In this document: positions 11,330 to 23,352 of the stretch, one piece after another
Layout of the letters: every line of letters starts with the position of its first letter
Position numbering within the stretch: position 1 is the stretch's first letter
Assembly: GCF_000143415.4 (NCBI RefSeq)
Contig: NW_003314300.1
Location: forward strand, 1,533,014 to 1,597,013
Source of the DNA: Selaginella moellendorffii
Taxonomy: Eukaryota > Plantae > Lycopodiophyta
DNA: 64,000 nt
Direction of reading: 5' to 3'
Translations under genes and position numbers: made by a program
The notes under the pieces: model-generated
Database searches by the model: none
Told to the model about the DNA's origin: nothing
The model's input: the letters and a program-made list of their open reading frames with translations, nothing else

Positions 11330-13432
11330 CTAGCACAGGCCTCCCTGGAAATCAAACTCGCCGCACAGCCACTTTGCCTGCTTCGCGGTCTCGACGTAGC
11401 TCTGGAACTTCTCGTGCGCGTTGGGGACGTCGAGCGCGAGCTCATTGAGCAAGTTGTAGACCCTGGTGAATCCGGCACACATCTGGCTGGTGGTGATGAG
11501 CCCCTCCCTCGAGCACTGCTCCAGCAGCTCCAGCGGCCGCTCGTTTTGCTTCTCCATCGCCATGTCTAGCACCCGCTTGACGATCTCGTGGTGGAAAAAC
11601 GGCATGTTGAGCTCGCGGATGCACCGGCACGCCTCCGTCAAGTCCCCGCCAGCTTCGAACTCCTCCACGATCTTAAAAACTTTGTCTTTCGCGTCTTCGA
11701 TCGCCCAGCCTGTGCCGCCACCCCAGCACCGGAGGATCCTCTCGCCGGCGTGTTGGGCCGAGAGGATGCTCTTGGCGTTGCCGACGATCTCTCTTCCCAG
11801 CGAGTTCTCTGGAAGTTGTCCCTTGATCTGTTCCAGGTAGAACGGCGTGAGGACGTTGTCAAACACGGCCCTGGCGAGGAAGAAAGTGAGCTGAGTTCCT
11901 GCGTCTGGAGTGTCCAGTGCTGTGTCTTCGGCAGACTCGAGAAGCAGAACGAACCCCTTGGCAACTTGGTCAGTGTCGGACTCTGTGTGGATCGTTGACA
12001 GCAAGCTCGAAGCCATCTCTTTCTCCCGGCTTCTCCTGTCCATCGCTAGCAGAATGAGCCTCTTGATGAAGAGAGGATACAAGTCCTGGACGCTCGCCAG
12101 GTCTTGCAAGCTCCTCAAAACTTCCTGGGAGTCGTCGGACGAGAAGTACTCGTGGATGATGGCCGTGGACTTTTTCTTGAACTCTGCGCTTGAAAAGTCG
12201 GGCTCTGGAGCTGCCGAAGCTAACGAAGTCTGGAGCGAAGGACTCAGCCATCCTTCATTCACTGCCGCTGACACCACCGGCTTCAACTTCTCGCGAGCCT
12301 CGGCGCTCGACTCCTCGAGACATCTCATGAAGCCTTTCGACATCTGGCTGGAGCTGATGAGGCCTTCTTCCGAGCAGTGCTTGAGTAACGCCAACAAGGA
12401 ACTTTGCGTGCTCTTGTTGCCCTCCAGGGACAAGGTAGCGGCCCTCTTCACGAGCTCGTGGTGATAGTAGCCCATGTCAAGCTCTCGGATGCACTGGCAG
12501 GCCTTTGTTACATCCCCGGATTCTCTATACTCCTCGAGCATCTCGTCTATCTTCTTCACCAGAAGCGCCACCGTTGAGCGAGTACTTCCTCCCCATTTCT
12601 TCTCCACCATGTCGGCATGAGCAGATGGTCCCAAGTGCGTTGCCATAGCCTTGTTCACAACTTCCATCCCCTTGGATCCTTCTGCCAAGAGCTTCTGTGC
12701 GTCCGTGAGAAATGCGGGTGGAAGTATGTCGTCCACCACTGCGCGAGCCACGAACACCGCCAAGATCTTGACTGCGTTGGGATTATCCAGCGCCAAGTCG
12801 TCCACTGAGAGAAGCAACTTCCGGAAGCCTTTAGCCATCTGGTCCGCTGGAACAACGTCGGCATACAATGCCGAGAGCAGCACCGCGGCCTTTTCCTTCT
12901 CGCGATCACGCTTGTCCATGGCTATGGAGACGAGCTTCTTCACAAAGTAGTGCTGAAAGTCCGGGCACCCGAGATCACGTAGCTCTTGAGCTGCCTCGTC
13001 TATGTTCGACGACATGAAGTACTCCTCGATGGCTAACAGGACTCTTCCCTTGAATTCTTCCACGGATTCGGCAACCGGAGCTTCCACCAGCCAGTAAGGT
13101 TCCTGGAACAGATAAAAAATCTATCGTAACTTGCGTTTTCTATGAAAAAAAAAAATGAACTTACTTCCTCGCTATCGTAATTTGGATCGTCGGGATGGAT
13201 TCTAAGCTCGACTATCTGATCCAGTTGGCTGCCCCAGGTGCCTTTCCCGCTCCCGCCAGCTAGAGAGAACAAAAAAGTTTAATCGAGAGAACACGAATCA
13301 ATGGGTCCGAAATTCATGCAAACCTTTCTTTGCCTTGCATGGCTTCTTACGATTGCTCGAATTCTTCTCCCGGCCCCTCTCCATGCAAGCGGAGCTCATG
13401 ACTTTGCGCTGATCATCCGTCAAGACGGCCAT
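11330..13432 (-). CDS. MA3-domain translation regulator (PDCD4/MRF-like; exons 13432-13324, 13259-13165, 13102-11330)
   Basis: KKAGGSGKGTWG..DPNYDSEEEPY N-terminal motif followed by four MA3 repeats (IEEYF..., FFHHEIVKR, GLITTSQM.GF.R). Confidence 0.92.
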
Positions 13433-13883
13433 TCCTCCTCCCGCCTGGAGATCACAATGCCAGCACAGGCCGCGAGAATTCCTCACCTCGCCAAGCCAAA
13501 GATCGACGCCGTGGCGCGGGATTTCGACGCCCTAGCGAGATCTTGCCGTTCCAATCCAACCCTAAGAAAGAGGCTGCTACATTTCGCTGGGCGGAAGGAG
13601 AAGAAATGAAGCAGGTGATTGTCTGGCCGTCCACGTGTCTCTCATCGAGACCTGCCAGAATATTCACTTCTGCGGTTAAAGAAAAACGGAATATACTACG
13701 TTATGGAATATGCTCGCCTGACCGCCCATGCCCTGTGCGCTTCTCTAGAACCGTTGCTATCAACAAAAGGCTAAGATTTTCATGTGTTCGTACGCTATTC
13801 CTAGTGGAATTTTGGACCGTGTGGCCCAACCGATAGGCTAGAAGCAAAACCACCATATCGTGAAGAAGGGATCTCGATCATGC

Positions 13884-14447
13884 ATGGATGATCATCAGGG
13901 CAGCGACTCCAAAAAAAGAAAGGGGAGCTGCCGCAATGGCGGCGATCTTCGTGAGGCTGCGAGCGATTGCAAGCGATCCAGAGTAGAAGCTGAGGAAGAG
14001 GCCGAGGATTCGAACAATTCCAGCGGTTCAAGCGCGAATCGCATTGGCCGGACCGAAATCTCGCCCCAGGAGATGCAATGCGAGCTGAGCGCCAGCGCCA
14101 GCACGGTGACGAGCATCGAGGAGGAAGTGGACGACCAAGAACGAGGTAAATCTTGCCACAATGCTTTTCCTCTCCTCCAAGATTCCATCTCCGGCTCCGA
14201 AATATCGTTGCATCGCGACGGGATCGACCAAGGACGAGCTGGATCTTTCCGGGATCTCCCTCCTCTTCTCCACGAATCCATCACCGGGGACGATCTATCG
14301 CAGCGCCGCGATGCGATCGAAGAAGACAACGCCAGCGACAGGAAACTATTCGTTCTTTCTTCCGGGAGGCCGCGATTGGAGCAAGAAGACAGCGCTCCCA
14401 CGATCGATGCCGAGTTCCAAAGCTACTTCGCCAATCTCATGTTATAA
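13884..14447 (+). CDS. Uncharacterised plant protein with conserved-looking C-terminus (LFVLSSGR...PTIDAEFQSYFANLML)
   Basis: Intronless ORF with an NLS-like KKRK. The C-terminal PTID.EF..YF..LML resembles a recurring motif in uncharacterised land-plant proteins (recalled, not searched). Confidence 0.6.
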   Translation: MDDHQGSDSKKRKGSCRNGGDLREAASDCKRSRVEAEEEAEDSNNSSGSSANRIGRTEISPQEMQCELSASASTVTSIEEEVDDQERGKSCHNAFPLLQDSISGSEISLHRDGIDQGRAGSFRDLPPLLHESITGDDLSQRRDAIEEDNASDRKLFVLSSGRPRLEQEDSAPTIDAEFQSYFANLML

Positions 14448-14501
14448 GCGGTTGACATGGGCGCTCCATTTTTCCAGGGTTTTTAGTCAAGGGAGGGCGC
14501 A

Positions 14502-15839
14502 ATGAGGGCGCTGCTCGTCAAGTCCTATGGCGATCCAACGCTTGCTCCATCCGAGAATGGCCCTCTCTTCGTCGACGAGGATCATCCACGGCCCCGGATG
14601 GTATCCAATTCCTCGGTGAGAGTCCGGGTAGCCGCCGCGAGTGTGAATTTTGCCACGGTTTTGTCGATCGAGGGTAAGTACCAGGAGAAGCCGGCGCTGC
14701 CATTCACCCCCGGTGGTGATTTCTCGGGCGCTGTGATCGAGGTTGGGGATCACGTCAAACGCGTTAAAGTGGGGGATCACGTCTGTGGCGTGGTGGACCT
14801 GGGATCTTATGCCGAGGAGCTGGTCACTGACGAAAAATATCTGTAAGTATCTTTTCTCTTGGCTAGATTTTACAAGTCGTGGTTTTTTCTTCCAGCTACA
14901 AGGTTCCCTCTGGCTGTGATCTCATTGCAGCAGCAGGGCTTCCAGTCGCGTTTGGAACTTCACACGTTGGATTAGTTCACCGAGCAAATCTTAGACGAGG
15001 ACAGGTATGTGATGTTTTTTCCTGGAATTGCTTGCAGATTTGATTCTTATATCTTTCAGGTGCTGCTCGTGCTCGGAGCTGCTGGTGGAGTTGGCCTGGC
15101 GGCAGTACAAATCGGCAAGTTGTGTGGAGCGATCGTTATAGCTACTGCAAGGTGATGGACAGTATTTATTCCATTCCATACTCTTTAGCTAACGCAGGAA
15201 TTTTCAGAGGGAGTAGCAAGACAAGTCTTTTAAGATCAATGGGGGCCGATCTTGCGGTTGATTCCGGGACTGAGAGCCTCCTCAAAGCCGTACCAGCATT
15301 CTTGAAAAGTAGAAAGCTCTCTGGAGTCGATGTGCTCTATGATCCTGTCGGGGGGAAGCATTTCAAGGAAGGGCTCAGGCTCTGCTGCTGGGGAGCACAA
15401 ATCATAATAGTTGGCTTTGCAAGTGGAGAGATTCCTTCTCTTCCTGCAAACATAGCACTTGTTAAGGTCAGTATGCTTGCCTTTAAGCTTGTGGATGTAA
15501 AGTTTTTGTTCTTCTTTTATAGAACTTGACAGTCCATGGACTTTACTGGGGAAGCTATAAGGTACACCACCCAGAGGTCCTAGAAACTTCCCTACAACAG
15601 TTAATTGAAATGCTTGCGGATGGTTCGATCCAGATCAACGTTTCACACACTTACGATTTGTCCGAGGTCAGTCTCTCACATTCTAGATGCCGACTTGAGC
15701 AGTGCCATCTAATGCTCGTTTTCAGGTTAATTTGGCTTTCTCATCCATCGTGCAAAGAGAGGTCTTGGGAAAAGTTGTTGTTGTATTTGACGGCGACAAG
15801 GAGTCGAAGCTTGGTTCCGAGAGAAAGTCTCGACTTTGA
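14502..15839 (+). CDS. NADPH:quinone oxidoreductase-like (MDR family), multi-exon, ending in PTS1 -SRL
   Basis: Motifs AASVNFA..GKYQEKPALPFTPG, LVLGAAGGVGLAAVQ, DVLYDPVGG, VGFASGEIP. The last exon reads ...GSERKSRL*. Confidence 0.9.
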
Positions 15840-16076
15840 ACTGGCAACGAGGAATCTATACTCTGCTTTCTGCGGATTAACTATTAACTAGATAAGGTTT
15901 TTAATTGATCTTCCAGGACTCGCTAGCCTACCAGCAGAGAGAAACTTTCAAACGCGTGATCAATGGAGCTGATCCCAGGTTTGTAACGCGGTAAGTGGCG
16001 GCTAGAGTTGAACAGTTCCTTGTTTACTCGTTCTTTTTAAAGCACGGATGGAGCCACGAGTCGACGACCTCGTAGG

Positions 16077-16622
16077 ATGAAGTCTTATAGCTCTCCGAGT
16101 GGCCAGCGCCAAGTTACTGGAGGTACCTTGCTACCTCGTCTTTCCGGGATTGAAATGCAGGACTTGGATTTACAGTGTTCTCAAGACGGAGATCATCATC
16201 ATCAGCAGCAGCAGCAGCAGCGACAGCGGCAGAGAAAGGAGGAGGAGGATTTTGTGAGTGTTGGATGCTCGGGACGATTGAGAAGCATCTTCACGAGAAA
16301 AGGGGTTTTCCAAGAGAAGCACAGTAGTGATGGATGGTGCTCGAGGCTGGTGAGGAGGCTCTTTGGAGGAGCTTCCACTTCCAGCACCTCTCCTTCGAAT
16401 TCTGGAGAGGAACAACGATCCAGCTCGCAGTATCGACGTCTTCCATCCGAGCTCTTCGCGAAGGTTCGGGGCAACACTGTTTGGAAGGACAGGTTTGAAA
16501 GATTGACAAGCTTCGCAAAGCACGAGCACGATGATGATCGTGGAAAGGAATCAAGTGGCGTGACACCACTTTGGGAAAGACGAATGCTCGCTCCAATTCC
16601 AGTGCTCGAAATCCATAGATAA
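16077..16622 (+). CDS. Hypothetical 181-aa protein (poly-Q/H tract, C-terminal PLWERR)
   Basis: ATG-initiated intronless ORF filling an intergenic space with coding-like composition; no family recognised. Confidence 0.5.
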   Translation: MKSYSSPSGQRQVTGGTLLPRLSGIEMQDLDLQCSQDGDHHHQQQQQQRQRQRKEEEDFVSVGCSGRLRSIFTRKGVFQEKHSSDGWCSRLVRRLFGGASTSSTSPSNSGEEQRSSSQYRRLPSELFAKVRGNTVWKDRFERLTSFAKHEHDDDRGKESSGVTPLWERRMLAPIPVLEIHR

Positions 16623-16899
16623 CGACAAAAGGCAAAAAGGCCATTTTCAAAATAAAGCATATCCTAGAATATCACTTTTTCAATGTATTAGGGCTCTTCT
16701 ATAAGTATATTCTAGCATATTTGACTTTCCAAATTATTAGGGTTCTTCGAAGGCATTTCGCTCGTTCCAACGCTCTATTCCTTCGCAGAGTAGCGATGAT
16801 GTCCACAGGTGTGGCCTTGTTTCTTCTTACACTGGCCTCACTCCAGGGATCGCACAGCATTCTCACGAAAATGTGAGAGGAACTTCCAAAGAATGGGCG

Positions 16900-19749
16900 A
16901 TGACGAGCGAGCGCCTCAAATCCAGCCTCGTGGGCGACCTCGACGCGCAGGGATTTGCCTCTCTCCTGCGAGAATGCGCGCGATCGCGGGACTTCGCCGA
17001 GGGATCTCTCGTCCACCAGCGGATAATCGCCTCGTCCCGCCACCGCCACGATCGATTCCTCCAAAACCTCGTCGTGAGGATGTATGGCGAGTGTGGCCGA
17101 GTGGATGAGGCGGCCAAGGTGTTCCATTCCATCGCCCGCAAGAATCTCTTCTCGTGGAGCTCCATGATCGCGGCCTTTGCCCAGAATGGGCATTCCACCG
17201 CGGCTGTGGAGCTCTACTCGGACATGATCCAGCGATCGGGGCTCCGCCCAGACAGCGTCGTCTTCGTCGCGCTGCTGGGCGCTCTTGATTCGCTCCAATC
17301 CATCCGGGAGATCCACGCGGAAATCATCTCGGCAGGGATCCACGGCGAGACGATCGTGGGCACCGCGATCGTCAACGCCTATGGCCGGCTGGGCAGCGTG
17401 GAAGAATCCCTCTCGGCGTTTCACTCGATCCTCGCCAAGGACGTGATCGCATGGAATTCGATCGTCGCGGTTCTCTCCCAGCATGGCGAGCTCGATCGAG
17501 CGCTAGAGCTCTATCGCAAGATGGATGAGAGCGCGGTGCCGCCGGATCGCATCACGCTAGCGAGCCTGCTGGACGGATGTGGGGGCGATCGTCCGCGAGA
17601 GCTTGAGATTGGGCGATTCATCGACAAAGAGAGCGTACGGAAGGCTCTCCGTGGTGACCCCGCAATAGACAACGCACTAATCCGGATGTACGGGCGGTGC
17701 CGGAGAGTAGAAGAGGCAAGAGCGGTGTTTGCGACCATGGGCTTGCGAAATCTTGCGTCGTGGAACGCGATCATTGCGGCAAATGCCCAGAATGGGTGTT
17801 TTACGGAGGCGATCGAAGCGCTGGAATCTATGATCCAGTTGAAGAGCGTTACGCCAGACCGGATGAGCTTCTCGGTGCTGCTAGATTCGTGCTGTGGGAG
17901 CGAGCACCTTGCGCATGGAGTGAAGATTCATGGATTGATCTTTCTGTGCGCGATCGATTCGGATCTTTTCCTTGACAACGCCTTGATCACGATGTACGGA
18001 AGATGTGGCAGCGTGGAGAGAGCGCAGAAGGTTTTCGCCGCGATGGAAGAGAGAGATCTTGTGTCATGGACTGCGATGATAGCAGCAAATGCCGCTAATG
18101 GGCATTTTCTGGCGAGTGTTCTTCTCTACCTCCGGATGATCCAAGAGGGTGTTCTTCCAGATAGAATCACTTATGCCACGCTTCTAGCCGGATGCTTGAA
18201 GCAGCGAGCTATCGATCCCGGGCGAATGATCCACGCCCACATCGAGAGCTTCTATGGCCGGAACATGGATCGAGACAACGTTCTTGGCAGCCACCTCGTC
18301 AATCTCTATCGCCGGTGTGGATCTCTCGAGGAAGCCAAGTCGGTGTTTGATCGCTTGGGCGATCCAGACGCCTCGTGCTGGAGCGCGATGATCGCGAGCT
18401 ACGCGCAAAGCGGCTATGGATCCCAGGCGCTGGAGCTCTTCCAGCGGATGGATCGCCGTGGTATCGTGCCGGATCGCCTGGCATTCCTCTCGATCTTGAG
18501 CGTTTGCTCGAGCATCGATCTTGGCAGGCGATTCCACTCGCGGATCGCGGGCATGGATCGCGAGAATTCGATCGCGACGGCGCTCATCCAGATGTATGGG
18601 AGACTGGGATTCGTGGAAGAATCCAAAGGGGTCTTCGATCGATTGGAGAAAGAACAGGGCGATGGAGACGATCGCGACGTGGCGGTGTGGACAAGCCTGA
18701 TCCAGGCCTACGCTCGCAACAATCGTCCCAGAGAAGCTCTCGAGATCTTCGCTGCGATGATGGATCACCGCTGCGAGCCCGACGCCGCGAGCTTCGCGAG
18801 CGCCATGGATGCGTGCTCGAGCCTCGGGGATTTGACGCTCGCGAGGAAGATCCACGCCCAGATAATCAGCCTCTCCTCGAATCCCCGCGAGGAGATCCAA
18901 ATCCTCGCGACCAACGCGGCGATCGCCATGTATGGCAAGTGTAAGAGCTTGGAGGAGGCGAAGACCGCATTTGACCGGGCGATCCACGCGAAGAACACGG
19001 TCAACACCGCGACCTGGAACGCTATGATCGGCGCGTACGCCCAGAACGGGCATCCGGGCGCCGGGCTGGAGCTCTACCAGCAGATGAAATCGCAGGGAAT
19101 CCAGCCGGATCGAGCGACGCTGGTGATCGCCCTGGACGCGGCCGCGATGATCGAGGAATTCGAACTGGGGCGAGACGTTCTCATCGATGGAGCGCTAGAA
19201 TACGACGAGAGAGTAGCGACAGCAGTGATTGGGATGCTTGCGCGCAGTGGAAAGACGATTAGAGCCAAGAGGGTCTTCGATTCCATCCCGAGAAGAGATG
19301 GAATTTGCTGGTCCGCGATGGTCACAGCTTATGCCCAGAACGGGCATTCCATCTTGGCGCTAGAGCTCTTCTCGGAGATGGTGGTCGAGGGATTCGTCGC
19401 AGACAAGGCCGCGATCGTCTCCATCCTCGCAGCCTGCAGCCAAAGCGGCGATTTCCGCCGCGGGCGATCCTACTTCGCGTCGATGCAAGCCGATTTCAGC
19501 GTGGATCCAATCGCGGAGCACTACGCCTGCGTCGTCGATCTCTTCTCGCGGATTGGGTGGATCCGCGAGGCGCAAGAGCTCGCGAGAGAGATGCCCTTCA
19601 AGGCCGATCGAGCGGCGGCCATGGCGCTCCTTGCCGGGGGCCGGACAGGGGGCGTACGGAGCTTCCGCGGCGATGATCTTGGGGCGTCGCTGGATTGCGC
19701 TGCTCCGTACGTGCTTTTGTCCAACATTTACAAACAATCCGAGCTCTAA
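16900..19749 (+). CDS. PLS-class pentatricopeptide repeat protein with truncated E-type C-terminus
   Basis: Repeated PLS triplets (NALI.MYGRCG..E.A..VF; SW.AMI.A.AQNG; PD..T). Ends HYACVVDL...AAPYVLLSNIY with no DYW domain. Confidence 0.93.
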   Translation: MTSERLKSSLVGDLDAQGFASLLRECARSRDFAEGSLVHQRIIASSRHRHDRFLQNLVVRMYGECGRVDEAAKVFHSIARKNLFSWSSMIAAFAQNGHSTAAVELYSDMIQRSGLRPDSVVFVALLGALDSLQSIREIHAEIISAGIHGETIVGTAIVNAYGRLGSVEESLSAFHSILAKDVIAWNSIVAVLSQHGELDRALELYRKMDESAVPPDRITLASLLDGCGGDRPRELEIGRFIDKESVRKALRGDPAIDNALIRMYGRCRRVEEARAVFATMGLRNLASWNAIIAANAQNGCFTEAIEALESMIQLKSVTPDRMSFSVLLDSCCGSEHLAHGVKIHGLIFLCAIDSDLFLDNALITMYGRCGSVERAQKVFAAMEERDLVSWTAMIAANAANGHFLASVLLYLRMIQEGVLPDRITYATLLAGCLKQRAIDPGRMIHAHIESFYGRNMDRDNVLGSHLVNLYRRCGSLEEAKSVFDRLGDPDASCWSAMIASYAQSGYGSQALELFQRMDRRGIVPDRLAFLSILSVCSSIDLGRRFHSRIAGMDRENSIATALIQMYGRLGFVEESKGVFDRLEKEQGDGDDRDVAVWTSLIQAYARNNRPREALEIFAAMMDHRCEPDAASFASAMDACSSLGDLTLARKIHAQIISLSSNPREEIQILATNAAIAMYGKCKSLEEAKTAFDRAIHAKNTVNTATWNAMIGAYAQNGHPGAGLELYQQMKSQGIQPDRATLVIALDAAAMIEEFELGRDVLIDGALEYDERVATAVIGMLARSGKTIRAKRVFDSIPRRDGICWSAMVTAYAQNGHSILALELFSEMVVEGFVADKAAIVSILAACSQSGDFRRGRSYFASMQADFSVDPIAEHYACVVDLFSRIGWIREAQELAREMPFKADRAAAMALLAGGRTGGVRSFRGDDLGASLDCAAPYVLLSNIYKQSEL

Positions 19750-20013
19750 AAGTCAATGAAAGTCAATGGAAAGTCAACTCAGTCAATGACAAGCCAAATG
19801 AAGGTTTAGCATCTTATTTGTTTTTTTAATCCTTTTTAACTTTTTTCTCTTTGCTTCCAAATCAAGCTTCCTCTTTTTTTCCAAATATGATCGTGGGTGA
19901 TTTGCTTAACCCATAATTATAGCATCTCAACAAAGTCAAGGATATTATCAATTTATCAGCCCATACTCAATCATCCCTCTTTTATGGTTTCCTGGTAGGT
20001 CGATCTCTCGACC

Positions 20014-21347
20014 ATGGACAATGCTCGTTCCAGCCAGCGAGACGAGGAGGACGAGCTCCATCACAGTAAGAACTACGATGCCTACGTGATCAAGAAGCTC
20101 GCCACTAGTAGCAACACCACCATGATGCCAGGGATCAAAGTCTGGGGTATCGTCTTCTCCCTCTTGTTCTCCACACTCTTGCTCGTCCTCCTCCTCAATC
20201 CCAGCGCTCTTCGATCCCAAGACGTCTCGCTTGGAACATCTCCATCGCCACCCCGAGTGTCGCAATTCAAGCCCCTCCCTCACTACGATCTCACCGCCGT
20301 GCGCCCGCTCGACGCCCTCTCGCGCGTCCCAAGGATCCGCGCCCCCGGCGAGCAGCGCACCATCTCCATGGATCCATCGCCCAATTGCCTCAAGCACCCC
20401 TCCAACGGCGTCGACGACGATTGCTGGAACGCTCTCCGCCGCGACCAGTACCTGCGCGTGCTGGACGAGCTCTACGAGTCGCCAGACTCGGTGCTGGCGC
20501 GATTCAAGCCCGACGACAACTGGCAGATCTTCGATCTGATCACGCCCACGTACCGCTGCGACGCGAATTCCCTGCGGAGGGTCGGGGTCCCGGGAGATGG
20601 CGGGAAATGGGTGTGTGGGCCAATTAGGGTTCTTGGGCCCAAATGCGTGATCTTCTCGCTGGGATCGAACAACCAGTTTGATTTCGAGGAGGCGATCGAC
20701 GCGCACACGGGCGGCGAGTGTGAGATCCACACTTTCGACTGCACGGGGGTGTGGTCCAATCCACACACCAAGTTCCATCCATGGTGTTTCGGGGGAGAGG
20801 ATAAAACTGATGAAAATGGGAGGATTTTCAAGAGGCTGAGCACTGCCGCGAGAGAGATTGGCGTGACGAGCATCTCGCTGCTCAAGATGGACATCGAGCT
20901 CGCGGAATTCGACGTGTTCGAGGGATTGAAATTCGAGGACGAGGTAGGGAAAGCTCTTGCAAAGTTTGGAAACCTTCTTGAGCTGCCACCTTTGCAGGGC
21001 TTCTTGCCGGATCAAATCCTCTTCGAGCTCCACACATTTGGGTACCCCGCGACGAGCAAGCACAAGGACGATTGGCCTCGCACGGTCATGGATCTCGTGC
21101 GAGACATCGATGCCATGGGCTATAGCTTTGCATTCGAGGAGAGAAACTTGGGATGGAGTAAGTTACGCTGCCACCTTTCCTCAATCTCGCTGATAGTATA
21201 TGGTTTTACTTCGATCTCCGTGATAGATATAGTTTCTAAATCTTTGCCGAAATTTTTTGCTTGCTTGCAGTCAAATGCTGCGAGTACGTGATTGTCCGCG
21301 ACAGACCCTCCACGATCAACCCCAAGAACAACACATGGCACGACTAG
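20014..21347 (+). CDS. METTL24-like (Methyltransf_22/FkbM-like) type II membrane methyltransferase, copy 1 (exons 20014-20943, 20998-21157, 21271-21347)
   Basis: N-terminal TM; GDGGKWVC, C.IFSLGSNNQFDFE, CEIHTFD, ISLLKMDIE..EF, QILFELH, CCEYVIV. Confidence 0.85.
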
Positions 21348-21523
21348 GGCATGTGACATCTACCAGCTTTTACTATCTTGTAATGGCATCGTGGATACAT
21401 TGGTATTCCAAACTTAAGACAGAAATCAATAACAAGAACCAAAACCAAGAAAAATAATTTATTAGAATTGAGCAATAAATTTGAGCATTATCTTTTAATC
21501 TGTTGTCCATTCTCGAATTTTAG

Positions 21524-22706
21524 TCAATGAAACAACGACCGTTTTTTCAGCTTTTTTCGGTTCCGTACAATAACGTGCTCACTGCAAGCCGCTGGATGAA
21601 ACAAAATAGAAGAAAAACAAAATTTAGAACTCACACGTGAAAGAATTACAGAGACTTACGGCAAAAGAGGTTCTTCTCCTGGAATGCAAAGCTATAGCCC
21701 ATCTCATCGATGTCTCGAACAAGATCCATGATCGTTCGAGGCCAATCGCTCTTGTGCTTGCTCGTTTTCGTCGGGTAGAACAGTGTGTGGAGCTCAAACA
21801 GGATCTGGTCAGGCAAGAACTCCTGTAGAGTGTAGCCAAAACATAGCTCGATCAACACAACTATGATCTAAGATGGAATTACTAAGAACAAGAGCTTACC
21901 TCCTCCTCGAATTTAAACCCCTCAAACACCTCATACTCGCCATGCTCGATGTCCATCTTGAGCAGCGAGATGCTCGTCACTCCAATCTCTCTCGCGGCAG
22001 TGCTCAGCCTCTTGAAAGTCCTCCCATTTTCATCCTTTCCATCGAATCCCCCTAGACACCACGGATGGAAGCTCGTCTTTGGGTTGGACCACTCCCCCGT
22101 GCAATCGAACGTGTGGATCTCACACTCGCCATTCGTGTGTGCATGGATCGCCTCCTCGAAGTCGAACTGGTTGTTCGATCCCAGCGAGAAGACCACGCAC
22201 TTGGGGCCGACAACTCGGATCGGCCCGCACAGCCACTTGCCGCCATCGCCGGAAGCTCCGATCCTCTGCAGGGAGTTTGCGTCGCAGTGGTACGTGGGCG
22301 TGATGAGATCGAATATCTGCCAGTTGGAGTTGGGCTTGAATCGCTCCAGCTCCTCGTCCGGGGATTGGTAGAGCTCGTCCAGGGTGCGCAGGTACTGATC
22401 CCGCCGGAGAGCGTTCCAGCAATCGTCGTCGATCCCGTTGGAGGGAAGCTTGAGGCAGCTGGGCTGTGGCAAAGCGTCGCTGGTGGAGTTTCGGATCCGG
22501 GGGATTCTGGAGAGGGCGCGGTTTGGGTCGACTCTGGGAGGGACCTGGTAGCTGGCGATGGCTTCCCGGATGGCGATGAGATCCTCAGGCGCCCTGGGAC
22601 GAAGATTGGAGAGGAGGAAGAGATTGAAAGAAGAGGAGTTCTCCTTGAGCAAGAGGATGAGTCCGCAAGAAGCGATCAAGAGGGCGATGATCCATGACGG
22701 TCGCAT
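21524..22706 (-). CDS. METTL24-like methyltransferase, copy 2 (exons 22706-21900, 21822-21660, 21591-21524)
   Basis: Same motifs and same two intron positions as copy 1. Confidence 0.85.
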
Positions 22707-22930
22707 TGCTGGGTTGGGAGAGACGTGCCTAAGAATCAAAACAAGAAAAATTAAGTGCACCGACTATTTGAATGGTCGCTCTTTTCGCTCTTTTTTCCGA
22801 TTTATTATATTTCACATTAAGAATATTCTTTGCTTTGTGCTCAAGCTCGATAATTAATATGATTATATTTAAGATTCCTTTTCCTTTTTCACACTATAAT
22901 TTTGGATTAGGGTCGTCACCCTTAAAGCAA

Positions 22931-23254
22931 ATGGATCATCTGGCGATAAGATATGGCGCGGCAAGTGGAACGCTTGGAGCTTCGATCGATCGCAATCTTA
23001 GGCGATGCGTGAGAGTGAAAGCTTGTTCACAATCTGGCGTATCTCCACTGAGGAAGGAATTCGAGTCGTGGGCTTTGATCCACAACAAGCGGTACAAGGA
23101 TTCCCAAGAAAAGGAGCAACGATTTGAGATCTTCAAGAAGACCTGGCTGTGGGTGGAAAGGATGAACGCCGAGGAGAGTAGCTGCCGATTTGGCGTGAAT
23201 TACTTCTCGGATCTTCTTCCGGAAGAACTCGCTAGCTTCACAAACTACGAGTGA
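22931..23254 (+). CDS. Stand-alone cathepsin/papain propeptide inhibitor (I29) domain protein, 107 aa
   Basis: FESW...HNKRY...EKEQRFEIFK (ERFNIN-like) and FGVNYFSDL (GNFD). Stop follows immediately; no protease domain downstream. Confidence 0.75.
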   Translation: MDHLAIRYGAASGTLGASIDRNLRRCVRVKACSQSGVSPLRKEFESWALIHNKRYKDSQEKEQRFEIFKKTWLWVERMNAEESSCRFGVNYFSDLLPEELASFTNYE

Positions 23255-23352
23255 CATAGCTTTCCAAGAACTGGTGTAACCACAATAGGTATATCAAACT
23301 TCTTATTCTATTCTTAAAGTCTTCGGACTTTTAAACCCTAAAAACTCTTACA

